Source of the DNA: Tubulanus polymorphus
Lineage: Eukaryota > Animalia > Nemertea
Length of the DNA: 64,000 bases
Direction: 5' to 3'
NCBI RefSeq assembly: GCF_964204645.1
Contig: NC_134035.1
Location: forward strand, 4,960,001 to 5,024,000
Below, in pieces: positions 37,701-52,700 of this stretch. A program made the position numbers and the translations under genes. Positions within the stretch are counted from its first letter, which is position 1, and every line of letters begins with the position of its first letter. Under the pieces are notes generated by a model. The model saw only the letters and a program-made list of their open reading frames with translations. It did not search any database and had not been told where the DNA came from.

Positions 37701-40700
37701 ACATCATCAACATCATCACACAAAATTAGAGTTTTTTTGTGGCACCCCTATCGTTTGGTAGTCACTCAATAAATGATATTAAGTCGATATCCTATATTGT
37801 TCAAATTATGTACACTATCTAATATTTATTGAGAAATAAATTCTTCATTCATTCAAAGCATGTTCAACCGGTTTCATTACATTACTACTTACAGGCAGGT
37901 TTCTGATTGGCTGTGATGTCAAACCCTGACTTGCGAAGATCGGAGGAAGTTCTTCTCTGCGATGTATCATCTCGTCGACTTGTTGCAAGTGACTTGGTGA
38001 CGTTTGTGTCGTCGCATTGTTTTCGAGCCGATGAGAATCTACGCAATAAACAAAGTAACGATCAGTTCACCATGGTATACTGAGTACTACACTATATCCC
38101 ACAACATGCTCACATTATTTTCAATATATGAGAGCTATTCTTAAAGCTAAGAATGTCTAGCGTATATTAGTGAAATGATCATAATAATACTATTTTCTCT
38201 GCTACACTTCACTGCGTTTCAGCAGTTTACACAGGGCAGTTGGAAGGAAAATTTCAGTGGGGCGGCTATTGATTTTATTGATGAACAGATAAAGTACCTG
38301 ATTGCCGCGCAGCTGTATTTCAGCGAGCACCAAATGCGCGAAGCCCAAAAGGGGTCTAGGGGTTCTCCCCCAGAAATTTTTTTATTTTCCAAGCTCCGAG
38401 ATTGATACTGAGTGAATCTGGCTATAAAAATCATGATATTCATTACAAGAGGATATAACATGAAAAAGAATATCTGCCGCCCCCGTTCCGACGGCCCTGT
38501 TACATACCTCAATATCACATTGTATTATTGTGTAATATAATTGATAATTTAATAAAACCTCAGCAGAAATGCTCATTAACAAGATGAGTCTTAACAAGAG
38601 AAAAACTTATTTTATAGAAACTTTTAGACAAAACCTTATTTCCTAGCGGAATCATCATAAAAGAACAATTTAAGAGAGGTACTTTATGTACCTACATCAC
38701 AAAGGAAACTAACTATCTTAACTAAGAGGAAGTCTGTAAATAGGTCTAAGGCCTTCTTTGATGGTAAATAATGATATGAAGTCTTCAGAGACTTTTAAAT
38801 GTTTCAAAGTAATCATACCATCGTCAATGGGAGCGACGGTGCTGCTTCTGCGTCGCCGATTCACTTTCTTCTTCTTCTTTTTAACCGGTGGATGATGATT
38901 ATCTACGATCAGTTCGGCCGCCGATCCGTTCTCGCTGATAACGGTAACTTCATCGCCGCGTGCTGACTCGTTCCAACCGGGCCTAGCGGGAAAAAATGAA
39001 CAGCGTAAGTCGAGATGAAACAAAACCCTACACGAAGAGCCCCACTGACAGATTGTTGTGAAAATAGTTTTTTAAATACCGGGATTTTTTCGATTTATGT
39101 TTGTTCAACGTTTCCCAGTCGAGTTCACGTTCCAGACGATTAGCAATCGATTTAGGGTCGGCCATTTTCTTCGACTGTTCAGCAGATGCCTTGTTCGGTT
39201 TTAGACCTCCTTGAATATCATTCTAAGAGAGACAGAGAGAAAAGACATGGCAATGTTAACGGTACATAAAACTAGGGGTTCAGGGACACCATGCCCACTT
39301 GGGAAGTGGTTCCAAATGCTAAACAATCTAACAATTTCAATATTCAACGCCCCCTGGTGACCATATACAGAATCCAATGACCTTGAAACTCACCACAATC
39401 ATAGAAAATGTCAGCAGCTACGATTTTGTAATTGATTGTGATAACAAAATATGCCTTGTTACCACTTTAATATGGAAATACTAAGTTATTCTACTATTCA
39501 ACGCCCCCTGGTGACCATATTCAAAACCCAATGACCTTGAAACTCACCACAATCATAGAACATGTCACGAACTATAACTTTGTAATCGAACATGGTAACA
39601 AAATATGCCTAGGTACCAATATAATAAGGAAATACTAAGTTATTCTACTATTCAACGCCCCCTGGTGACCATATAGAATAACTAATGGCGTTAAAACTTG
39701 CCACAATCATAGATGATGTCATGAGCTACAACTTTGCAATTGATTGTGGTTACAAAATATGCATTGATACGAATATAATATAGAAATACTAAGATATTGC
39801 ATTATTCAACGCCCCCTGGTGGCCATATACAAAAACCAATGACCTTGAAACTCACCACAGTCATAGAACACGTTATGAGCTACAACTTTCTAAATGATTG
39901 TGGTAACAAAATACGCTTAGGTATCAATATAATGTGGAAAAATTTATACCCACTTATGAATGAGTACTGCTGACACCAAGATGGCCGCCAATTGCGTCAT
40001 AATTGGCTTATGAAAAATACCTGTCTCAGGTATAAAACATCTCTTTCCAAAGAATACCCATCACAAATTGCAATGAGAAATGATAAACCAGTAGGAAGCT
40101 ACAGGACTCAGAATTTGGGCCAAAAGTAACATTTTTGGGCACTAAAAAGGTCATAGGACGGCCATCTCGAGTCTGATCGACCAAATTTTTGTTATGCTGA
40201 TGGGCCCTGGGGGACTTCACATATATCCGAAAGATCAAGGTAATTGATCAAAGCATCTTCAAAATTTCCCTCAAAAAGTTCAAAAATGTGTAAAAAGAGC
40301 TGATTTTGGCGAACAACAATGGCTGCCAGTCGGCCATATTGAATCTGACAGGGCCAGTTTTTGGGCTGAAGATGTGTCTAGGGTAGATACATGTGTAACC
40401 CAAATATCAAGACATTACCTTGAAGCGTCTTCAAAACTTCCCAAAATAACTGGATTCCGTCTACGGACGGACGAACGCTATGATGGACGGATGGACGACG
40501 GACGAAAAGTGAACGCAATAGCCCGCTGGGACTAAAGTCCCAAGTGGGCTAAAAATCGAAATCTAAAATTATTTCGAAATGTTCAACCACTGAAAAATGA
40601 TTATAAATAGAAATCTCAATCAGTGAATGACAGGTTTGCGGCACTAATTTCTTACGGGAATGAATTTGTGTTGATTCGGCGATGAAGAATCAGGTCGTGT

Positions 40701-43700
40701 GGCAGGAGCTTGACGACAGAATCGATAATATATACACAGCGAAATCCAACAGCAGAAGAAAACGACGACAATCGCACCAAAAACGGCTCCGATTATCCAG
40801 AACGGTTTTTCTAGTTCCGGCGTCGGGGTCGGCGTTTTGTAAAAAGCTGTTTAAAAAGAAATGAAAATAGATGGGTGGTAGACAAGGAATGAATGATTGT
40901 CTCATCTTATGTCTATTTCAACTTGCTTGCAAATCAGGTGGCCTAGCTCAGTCATTTTTGGTGGTACATATATGATATAAGTCTTATTAGGACCAGAAAG
41001 GACTGGCAGTTGACCTAATACATTAATTTTTAATCAATTTGAAACTGTATAGAAGGATAATCCAAAAAGTCTTCATTGAAAGGGGTTAAATATAGAAAAT
41101 TGACTCCAAATTAATCTTTTAGGTCAACTGCCAGTCCTTTCTGGCCCTAAGAAGACTTTTATCAGGTATGTACCACCAAAACAGACCGAGCTAGACCACC
41201 TGATATGCTCTCAAGTCAAGTTAAAATAGACGTTAGAAAATACAACTAATAAATCATACGTTCTGCATTGGTGGTAACGACTTCTTGCAACTGTAACGCT
41301 AACTCTTGTTTGGAAAACGTGTTCAAAGCGGCTATCACATCTTTCGCGGGCACGAACGAATTATTATTTGTCTTATTCGCTGTAACGTGAGTAACGATGA
41401 CTTCAGTAGAAACTGAACCTCGACTGACATCGATCAGCTGAAAATTGAGAAACATACATAAATGAATTACACACAACCACGTATACGTTACTTAGTTTTG
41501 TAACAAATAGATGACTCATCTGAATGCTGAGTAGTAGCTTGGATATCACTTCACCCCTCTCTCAACCCTGGAGCTAGTGGCAGAGTGGCGCAGAGTTAGA
41601 GAAATAGGCTAGAGTTTATGATATAAAAGTAGGCTTTTGTAAAGCATTCAGAGGGCTCGATTGCGTGCTGTATGAATCTTAAGTATTACAACTGTACTGC
41701 GAGGCATCTTCATGCTATAGACACCAGTGTGCGCAATGCAAGGCAGGCCTACGGCGAAGGCGAGTGTTCCATCAATATGAGATGATTTCATAAATCTAGC
41801 CAGCGCCAGTGCAGTCTTTATCAACTTCTGCGCTGTAGATGATGTGGTCAAACCACTCTCAACCGCGAAAGATCAAGAGAATTCATACAAATACAATATA
41901 TATATTCATAAACAGAAATCATGCGTATATAAGCTAGTACTAATCTACCATAATAACTACCGGTACTGTATCATTCATTTTAAACTATCGCGTTAGTGGA
42001 GCATATTCTACGGTATACAGAATAGATATATATCGATGAAAGCATTTATTCACGAGAACGAATATTGAGCTGGAAGCATCATTTAGTGTGTTTTATGTAT
42101 ATGTTGTGTGTGTTTTACCTAGATCAATCAATTCAATTCTTCTCATCTGAAAATTATCGACAAGTCAAAAAATGTATGAAATACCGTATATAGATAAGGA
42201 TGTCGGGGCTAATGGTCATAGTATATGAAATAATATCCGGGAATGCCAGTGTTTGGAAACAAAAATTTTAACGAAAATACTGAGACTATCAACAAACTAT
42301 AATAGCACAATTCAGGAAAAAGTAAATGACAGAGAAAAAAGTCACGATTCAAAATTTTAAAGTTGAAAAAATCAGAGCTTCAACTACTGCAAAATCCTTC
42401 TACTCATAAAATCATCAGTAATTTCGGGTTATACCTGAACAGCTAAATCTGCAGATTTTGCAGCACGTTTAACTCGACGAAACGACCTACGAACGCGCAA
42501 ATCTTTTTCACGCAGACGGACGAATCCTGCTGCTATTGCTAAAGCTAATCTTTCTTCCAAAATAGCCTGATAGGTTGCATTATACACAGTCCTCAATCTG
42601 GGCACGCTCAAAACTGAAACGAACACAATAAAGACACAATATATATCTATATCTATTGGTAGAAAGAGTATCACTGTTAACTGGACACCAAATTACACAC
42701 AAAAATGTTTAACTCAAAAGTTTGATTCAGTTGATTTTGGTTGGTTTCTTATTTTCAACGAGTGTTACAATATCAAAAATAGCTATTTCCCTGGAAATGA
42801 GAAAAAAATGTGTAACTTACTTGTATTGACCCAGAAGTTGGAGTATCTTCGGAGCTTACTAACAGTAACCGCTGTAGGATTGACTGAAACAGGTGTTGGT
42901 GGTGACTGGGAAGCTGAGGAAGAGACAGTAGGTGAACCATGTATAGGTGAACTCGTAAAAACAGTGCTTGCCGTAACGACCCCAGAGACCAGTGAGCTAG
43001 TAGGAACATTCATAGTAGACATACCAGAAATACTAGAAAGTGACTTTAAAGATGAAGATATGGTTTGAGTAATAATAATAGATCTAGAAAATGAAATGGT
43101 CACAGATTCAGAAATAGAATCAGTTGGAATAAAAGTTGACAATATACTAGGATTACTTGGTAAAAGAGAACTAACAGGTTTGGTAGAAGAGGGCAATGTT
43201 TGAGTGATGACGATACCACTTGTTGGTGGACCAGTTGTTGATGATAAACTTGGTGGTAGAGAAATAACATGTTTGGTGGAGGAGGAAAATGTTTGAGTGG
43301 TGATTGTACCACTCGTAGATGGATCAGCTATTGATGATAAACTTGTTAAAGGAGAACTGACAGGATTGGTAGAAGAGGACAATGTTTGAGTGACGATGAT
43401 AACACTGGTTGATGGACCAGTTGTTGATGATAGACTTGGTAAAGGAGAACCAACAGGTTTGGTAGAAGAGGACAATGTTTGAGTGACGATGATAACACTG
43501 GTTGATGGACCAGTTGTTGATGATAGACTTGGTAAAGGAGAACCAACAGGTTTGGTAGATGAGGGCAGTGTTTGAGTGGTAATTATACCACTGGTTAATG
43601 GGCCACTTGTTGGTGATAGACTTGGTAAAATAGAACTAACAGGTTTGGTAGGTGAGAGCAATGTTTGAGTGATGATTATACCACTGGTTGATGGACCAGT

Positions 43701-46700
43701 TGCTGATGATATACTTGATATAAGAGAACTAAAAGGTTCAGTAGAAGTGGACAATGTTGGAGTGATAGATATACCACTGGTTGATGGAACAGTTGTTGAT
43801 AGACTTGGCAAAAGAGGACTCACAGGTTTTGTAGAGGAGGACAATGTTTGAGTGATGATTAAACCATTGGTAAGTGGACCAGCTAATGATGATAGACTTG
43901 GTGAAATAGAACTAACAGGTTCGATAGAAGATGACAATGTTTGAGTGGTGATTAAACCACTGGTAAGCGGATAAGTTGATGATGATAGACTTGAGAAAAG
44001 TGAACTAAAAGGTTTGGTAGAAGAGGACAATAATCGAGTGGTAATTATACCACTGGTCGATGGACCAATTGATGATAGACTTGGTAAAATAGAACTAACA
44101 AGATTACTAGAAGAGGGCAGTGTTTGAGTGATGATTAAACCACTGGTTGATGATAGACTGGCTGAAATAGAACTAACAGGTTTGGTAGAAAAGGGCAATG
44201 TTTGAGTGATGATTAAACCACTGGTTGATGGACCAGATGATGATAGACTTGCTGAAATAGAACTAGCAGGTTTGGTAGAAGAGGACAATGTTTGAGTGGT
44301 GATTATACCACTGGTTGATGGACCTATTGCTGATGATAGACTTGATATAAGTGAACTAAAAGGTTCAGTAGAAGCGGACAATGTTTGAGTGAAAAATATA
44401 CCACTGGTTGATGGAAAAGTTGTTGATAGACTTGGTGAATGGGAACTAACAGGTTTGACAGGAGAGGACAATGTTTGAGTGATGATTAAACCACTGGTTA
44501 GTGGATCAGTTGATGATGATGGACTTGATAATAGAGAACTAGTAGGTTTGGTAGAAGAGAATATCTTAGTGGTAATTATACCACTTGTTCGTGGACCAGT
44601 TGCTGAGGGACTTGGTGAAATAGGACTACCAGGGTTGGTAGTAGAGGGCAATGTTTGAGTGATGATTAAACCACTGGTTGATGGACCAGATGATGATGGA
44701 CTTGGTAAAAGAGAACTAACAGGTTTGGTAAATGAGGACAATGTTTGAGTGATGGTTATAACACTGGTTGATGGACCAGTTGATGAAAGACTTTGTGAAA
44801 TAGAACTAGCAGGTTTGGTAGAAGTGAACAATGTTTGAGTGGTGATTAAACCACTGGTTAGTGGATCAGTTGATGATGATGGACTTGATAAAAGAGAAGT
44901 AAAAGGTTTGGTAGAAGAGAATATTTTAGTGGTTATTATACCACTTGTTGGTGGACCAGTTGCTGAGGGACTTGGTAAAATAGGACTACCAGGTTTGGTA
45001 GAAGAGGGCAATGTTTGAGTGGTAATCATACCACTGGTTGATAGAGTTGATGATAGATTTGCTGAAATAGAACTAGCAGGTTTGGTAGAAGTGGACAATG
45101 TTTGAGTGGTGATTATACCACTGGTTGATGGACCTGTTGTTGATGATAGACTTGATATAAGAGAACTAAAAGGTTCAGTAGAAGTGGACAATGTTTGAGT
45201 GAAAAATATATCACTGGTTGATGGAAAAGCTGTTGATAGACTTGGCGAATGAGAACTAACAGGTTTGGCAGAAGAGGACAATGTTTGAGTGATGATTAAA
45301 CCACTGGTTAGTTGATGAGTTGATGATGATTGACGTGATAACAGAGAAGTAAATTGTTTGGTAGAAGAGGAGAATAGTTGATTGGTAATTATACCACTTG
45401 TTAGTGGACCAGTAGGTGATGGACTTGGTAAAATAGGACTACCAGGTTTAGTAGAAGAGGGTAATGTTTGAGTGATGATTAAACCACTGGTTAGTGGATG
45501 AGTTGATGATGATACAGTTGAGAAAAGAGAACTAAAAGGTTTGGTAGAAGAGGACAATAGTTGAGTGGTAATTATACCACTGGTCGATGGACCTGTTGCT
45601 GATGATAGACTTGATATAAGAGAACTAAAAGGTTCACTAGAAGTGGACAATGTTTGAGTGATAAATATACCGCTGGTTGATGGACCAGTTGATGAAAGAC
45701 TTGGTGAAATAGAACTAACAGGTTTGGTAGAAGAGGGCAATATCTGAGTGATGATTAAACCACTGTTTAGTGGAAGAGTTGATGGTGATACACTTGAGAA
45801 AAGAAAACTAAAAGGTTTGGTAGAAGAGGACAATAGTTGAGTGGTAATTACACCACTCGTCGTTGGACCAACTGATGATAGACTTGGTAAAATAGAACTA
45901 ACAAGATTGCTAGAAGAGGGCAGTGTTTGAGTGATGATTAAACCACTGTTTGATGGACCAGTTGATGATAGACTTAATGAAATAGAACTAACAGGTTTGG
46001 TAGAAGAGGACAATGTTTGAGTGGTGATTATACCACTGGTTGATGGAACTGTTGCTGATGATAGACTTGATATAAGAGAACTAAAAGGTTCAGTAGAAGT
46101 GGACAATATTTGAGTGATAAATATACCACTTGTTGATGGAAAAGTTGTTGATAGACTTGGTGAATTGGAATTAACAGGTTTGGCAGGAGAGGACAATGTT
46201 TGAGTGATGATTAAACCACTGGTTAGTGGATGAGTTGATGACGACGGACTTGATAAAAGAGCAGTAAAAGGTTTGGTAGAAGAGGAGAATATTTTAGTGG
46301 TAATCATACCACTTGTTGGTGGACCAGTTGCTGATGGACTTGGTAAAATAGGACTATCAGGTTTCGTAGAAGAGGGCAATGTTTGAGTGGTAATCATATC
46401 ACTGGCTGATGGACCAGTTGATGATGGACTTGGTAAAAAAGAACTAACAGGTTTGGTTAATGAGGATAACGTTTGAGGGATGATAATACCACTGAGTGAT
46501 GAACCAGTTGATGAAAGACTTGGTGAAATAGAACTAACAGGTTTGGTAGAAGAGGATAATGTTTGAGTGGTGATTATTTCACTGGTTGATGGACCATTTG
46601 ATGAAAGACTTGGTGAAATAGAACTAGCAGGTTTGGTAGAAGTGAACAATGTTTGAGTGGTGATTAAACCACTGGTTAGTGGATCAGTTGATGATGATGG

Positions 46701-49700
46701 ACTTGATAAAAGAGAAGTAAAAGGTTTGGTAGAAGAGAATATTTTAGTGGTTATTATACCACTTGTTGGTGGACCAGTTGCTGAGGGACTTGGTAAAATA
46801 GGACTACCAGGTTTGGTAGAAGAGGGCAATGTTTGAGTGATGATTAAACCACTGGTTGATAGAGTTGATGATAGACTTGCTGAAATAGAACTAGCAGGTT
46901 TGGTAGAAGTGGACAATGTTTGAGTGGTGATTATACCTCTGGTTGATGGACCTGTTTTTGATGATAGACTTGATATAAGAGAACTAAAAGGTTCAGTAGA
47001 AATGGACAATGTTTGAGTGATAAATTTATCACTGGTTGATGGAAAAGCTGTTGATAGACTTGGCGAATGAGAACTAACAGGTTTGGCAGAAGAGGACAAT
47101 GTTTGAGTGATGATTAAACCACTGGTTAGTTGATGAGTTGATGATGATTGACGTGATAACAGAGAAGTAAATTGTTTGGCAGAAGAGGAGAATAGTTGAT
47201 TGGTAATTATACCACTTGTTAGTGGACCAGTAGGTGATGGACTTGGTAAAATAGGACTACCAGGTTTAGTAGAAGAGGGCAATGTTTGAGTGATGATTAA
47301 ACCACTGGTTAGTGGATGAGTTGATGATGATACAGTTGAGAAAAGAGAACTAAAAGGTTTGGTAGATGAGGACAATAGTTGAGTGGTAATTATACCACTG
47401 GTCGATGGACCTGTTGCTGATGATAGACTTGATATAAGAGAACTAAAAGGTTCACTAGAAGTGGACAATGTTTGAGTGATAAATATACCGCTGGTTGATG
47501 GACCAGTTGATGAAAGACTTGGTGAAATAGAACTAACAGGTTTGGTAGAAGAGGGCAATATCTGAGTGATGATTAAACCACTGTTTAGTGGATGAGTTGA
47601 TGGTGATACACTTGAGAAAAGAAAACTAGAAGGTTTGGTAGAAGAGGACAATAGTTGAGTGGTAATTACACCACTCGTCGATGGACCAATTGATGATAGA
47701 CTTGGTAAAATAGAACTAACAAGATTGCTAGAAGAGGGCAGTGTTTGAGTGATGATTAAACCACTGTTTGATGGACCAGTTGATGATAGACTTAATGAAA
47801 TAGAACTAACAGGTTTGGTAGAAGAGGACAATAGTTGAGTGGTAATTACACCACTCGTCGATGGACCAATTGATGATAGACTTGGTAAATTAGAACTAAC
47901 AATATTGCTAGAAGAGGGCAGTGTTTGAGTGATGATTAAACCACTGTTTGATGGACCAGTTGACGATAGACTTAATGAAATAGAACTAACAGGTTTGGTA
48001 GAAGAGGACAATGTTTGAGTGGTGATTATACCACTGGTTGATGGAACTGTTGCTGATGATAGACTTGATATAAGAAAACTAGAAGGTTCAGTAGAAGTGG
48101 ACAATGTTTGAGTGATAAATATACCACTTGTTGATGGAAAAGTTGTTGATAGACTTGGTGAATTGGAACTAACAGGTTTGGCAGGAGAGGACAATGTTTG
48201 AGTGATGATTAAACCACTGGTTAGTGGATGAGTTGATGACGACGGACTTGATAAAAGAGCAGTAAAAGGTTTGGTAGAAGAGGAGAATATTTTAGTGGTA
48301 ATCATACCACTTGTTGGTGGACCAGTTGCTGATGGACTTGGTAAAATAGGACTATCAGGTTTCGTAGAAGAGGACAATGTTTGAGTGGTAATCATATCAC
48401 TGGCTGATGGACCAGTTGATGATGGACTTGGTAAAAAAGAACTAACAGGTTTGGTTAATGAGGATAACGTTTGAGGGATGATAATACCACTGAGTGATGA
48501 ACCAGTTGATGAAAGACTTGTTGAAATAGAACTAACAGGTTTGGTAGAAGAGGACAATGTTTGAGTGGTGATTTTACCACTGGTTAGTGGATGAGTTGAT
48601 GATGATACACTTGAGAAAAGAGAACTAAAAGGTTTGGTAAATGAGGACAATGATTGAGTGGTAATTATACCACTGGTCGATGGACCAATTGATGATAGAC
48701 TTGCTGAAATAGAACTAGCAGGTTTGGTGGAAGAGGACAATGTTTGAGTGGTGATTATACCACTGGTTGATGGACCTGTTGCTGATGATAGACTTGATAT
48801 AAGAGAACTAAATGGTTCAGTAGAAGTGGACAATGTTTGAGTGATAAATATACCACTTGTTGATGGAAAAGTTGTTGATAGACTTGGTGAATCGGAACTA
48901 ACAGGTTTGGCAGAAAAGGACAATGTTTGAGTGATGATTAAACCACTGGTTAGTGGATGAGTTGATGACGACGGACTTGATAAAAGAGCAGTAAAAGGTT
49001 TGGTAGAAGAGAATATTTTAGTGGTAATCATACCACTTGTTGGTGGACCAGTCGCTGATGGATTTGGTAAAGTAGGACTATCAGGTTTCGTAGAAAAGGG
49101 CACAGTTTGAGTGGTAAGCATATCACTGGCTGATGGACCAATTGATGGACTTGGTAAAAGAGAACTAACAGGTTTGGTTAATGAGGATAACGTTTGAGTG
49201 ATGATAATACCACTGATTGATGAACCAGTTGATGAAAGACTTGGTGAAATAGAACTAACAGGTTTGGTAGAAGAGGATAATGTTTGAGTGGTGATTATTT
49301 CATTGGTTGATGGACCATTTGATGAAAGACTTGGTGAAATAGAACTAACAGGTTTGGTAAATGAGGACAATGTTTGAGTGATGATTATACCACTGGTTGA
49401 TGGATTAGTTGATGAAAGACTTGTTGAAATAGAACTAACAGGTTTGGTAGAAGAGGACAATGTTTGAGTGTTGATTTTACCTCTGGTCGATGAATCAGTT
49501 GCTGATGATGTACTTGATACAAGAGAACTAAAAGGTTCAGTAGAAGTGGACAATGTTTGAGTGATAAATATACCACTGGTTGATGGAAAAGTTGTTGATA
49601 GACTAGGCGAATGGGAACTAACAGGTTTGGCAGAAGAGGGCAATGTTTGAGTGATGATTAAACCACTGGTAAGAGAATGAGTTGATGATGATACACTTGA

Positions 49701-52700
49701 GAAAAGAGAACTAAAAGGTTTGGTAGAAGAGGACAATAGTTGAGTGGTAATTATACCACTGGTCGATGGACCAATTGATGATTGACTTGCTGAAATAGAA
49801 CTAGCAGGTTTGATAGAAGAGGACAATAGTTGAGTGGTAATTATACCACTGGTCGATGGACCTGTTGCTGATGATAGACTTGATATAAGAGAACTTAAAG
49901 GTTCAGTAGAAGTGGACAATGTTTGAGTGATAAATATATCACTGGTTGATGGAAAAGTTGTTGATAGACTTGGCGAATGAGAACTAACAGGTTTGGCAGA
50001 AGAGGACAATGTTTGAGTGATGATTGAACCACTGGTTAGTTGATTAGTTGATGATGATAGACTTGATAAAAGAGAAGTAAATTGTTTGGTAGAAGAGGAG
50101 AATAGTTGATTGGTAATTATATCACTTGTTAGTGGACCAGTAGGTGATGGACTTGGTAAAATAGGACTACCAGGTTTGGTAGAAGAGGGCAATGTTTGAG
50201 TGATGATTAAACCACTGGTTAGTGGGTGAGTTGATGATGATACACTTGAAAAAAGAGACCTAAAAGGTTTGGTAGAAGAGGGCAATGTTTGACTGATGAT
50301 TAAACCACTGGTTGATGGACCAGTTGATGATAGACTTGCTGAAATAGAACCAGCAGGTTTGGTAGAAGTGGACAATGTTTGAGTGGTGATTTTACCACTG
50401 GTCGCTGAACCAGTTGCTGATGATGTACTTGATATAAGAGAACTAAAAGGTTCAGTAGAAGTGGACAATGTTTGAGTGATAAATATACCACTGGTTGATG
50501 GAAAAGTTGTTGATAGACTTGGCGAATGGGAACTAACAGGTTTGGCAGAAAAGGGCAATGTTTGAGTGATGATTAAACCACTGGTTAGTGAATGAGTTGA
50601 TGATGATACACTTGAGAAAAGAGAACTAAAAGGTTTGGTAGAAGAGGACAATAGTTGAGTGGTAATTATACCACTGGTCGATGGACCAATTGATGATAGA
50701 CTTGCTGAAATAGAACTAGCAGGTTTGGTAGAAGAGGACAATGTTTGAGTGGTGATTATACCACTGGTTGGTGGACCTGTTGCTGATGATAGACTTGATA
50801 TCAGAGAACTAAAAGGTTCAGTAGAAGTGGACAATGTTTGAGTGATAAATATATCACTGGTTGATGGAAAAGTTGTTGATAGACTTGGCGAATGAGAACT
50901 AACAGGTTTGGCAGAAGAGGACAATGTTTGAGTGATGATTAAACCACTGGTTAGTTGATGAGTTGATGATGATACACTTGAGAAAAGAGAACTAAAAGGT
51001 TTGGTAGAAGAGGACAATAGTTGAGTGGTAATTATACCACTCGTCGATGGACCAATTGATGATGGACTTGCTGAAATAGAACTAGCAGGTTTGGTAGAAG
51101 AGGACAATGTTTGAGTGGTGATTATACCAGTAGATGATGGAACAGTAGTTAATGATAGACTTGGTAAAATAGAACTAACAGGTTTGGTAGAAGAGGACAA
51201 TATTTGAGTGATGATTAAACCACTGGTTAGCGGAAGAGTTGATGATGATAGAATTGAGAAATGTGAAGGTTTGGTAAAAGAGTGAAGTCGAGTGGTAATT
51301 ATACCACTTGTTGATGGACTGGTTGATGATAGACTTGGCGAAAGAGTACTAACATGTTTGGTGGAGGAGGACAATGTTTGAGTAGTAATTATATCACTGG
51401 TTAATTGGCCACTTGTTGATGATAGACTTGGCAAAATAGAACTAACAGTTCTTGGGGAAGTGGACAATGTTTGAGGGGTGATTATACCACTGGTTGATGG
51501 AACCGCTGCTGATGATGGATTTAGCAAATGAGAACTAACACGTTCGGTAGAAGACGGCAATATTTGAGAGGTGATTATACCACCTGTTGATGGAACAGCT
51601 GTTGATGATAGATTTGGAAAAATAGAACTAACAGGTTTGGTAGAAGAGGACAATGACTGAGTGGTGATTATACCACTGGTAGATGGACTAGTTGATGATA
51701 GACTTGGTAAAAGAGAACTAACAGGTTTGGTAGAAGAGGACAATGTTTGAGTGGTGATTATACCAGTGGTTGAAGGAGCAGCTGTTGATGATAGACTTGC
51801 TGAAATGGAGCTAACATGTTTGGTAGATGAGGGCAATGTTGGAGTGGTGATTATACCACTGGTTGATAGAATACTTGTTGATGATAGACTTGGTAAAATA
51901 GAACTAACAGGTTTGGTAGATGAGGGCAATGTTTGAGTAGTGATTATACCACTGGTTGATGGAACCACTGCTGATGATGGATTTAGCAAATGAGAACTAA
52001 CACGTTCGGTAGAAGACGGCAATGCCTGAGTGGTGATTATACCAGTAGATGATGGCACAGTAGATGATGATAGACTTGGTAAAATAGAACTAACAATTTT
52101 GGTAGAAGAGAACAATATTTGAGTGGTAATCATACCACTGGTTAATGGGCCACTTGTTGATGATAGACTTGGTAAGATAGAACTAACAGTTTTCGGAGAA
52201 GAGGGCAATATTTGAGAGGTGATTATACCACCTGTTGATGGATCAGCTGTTGATGATAGATTTGGAAAAATAGAACTAACAGGTTTGGTAGAAGAGGACA
52301 ATGACTGAGTGGTGATTATACCACTGGTAGATGGACTAGTTGATGATAGACTTGGTAAAAGAGAACTAACAGGTTTTGTAGAAGAGGACAATGTTTGAGT
52401 GGTGATTATACCAGTGGTTGAAGGAGCAGCTGTTGATGATAGACTTGCTGAAATGGAGCTAACATGTTTGGTAGATGAGGGCAATGTTGGAGTGGTGATT
52501 ATACCACTGGTTGATAGAATACTTGTTGATGATAGACTTGGTAAAATAGAACTAACAGGTTTGGTAGATGAGGGCAATGTTTGAGTAGTGATTATACCAC
52601 TGGTTGATGGACCAGTTGTTGACGAGAGACTTGGTAAAATAGAACTAGTAGGTTTGGTAGAAAATGACAATGTTGGAGTTATGATCATACTACTGGTAAA

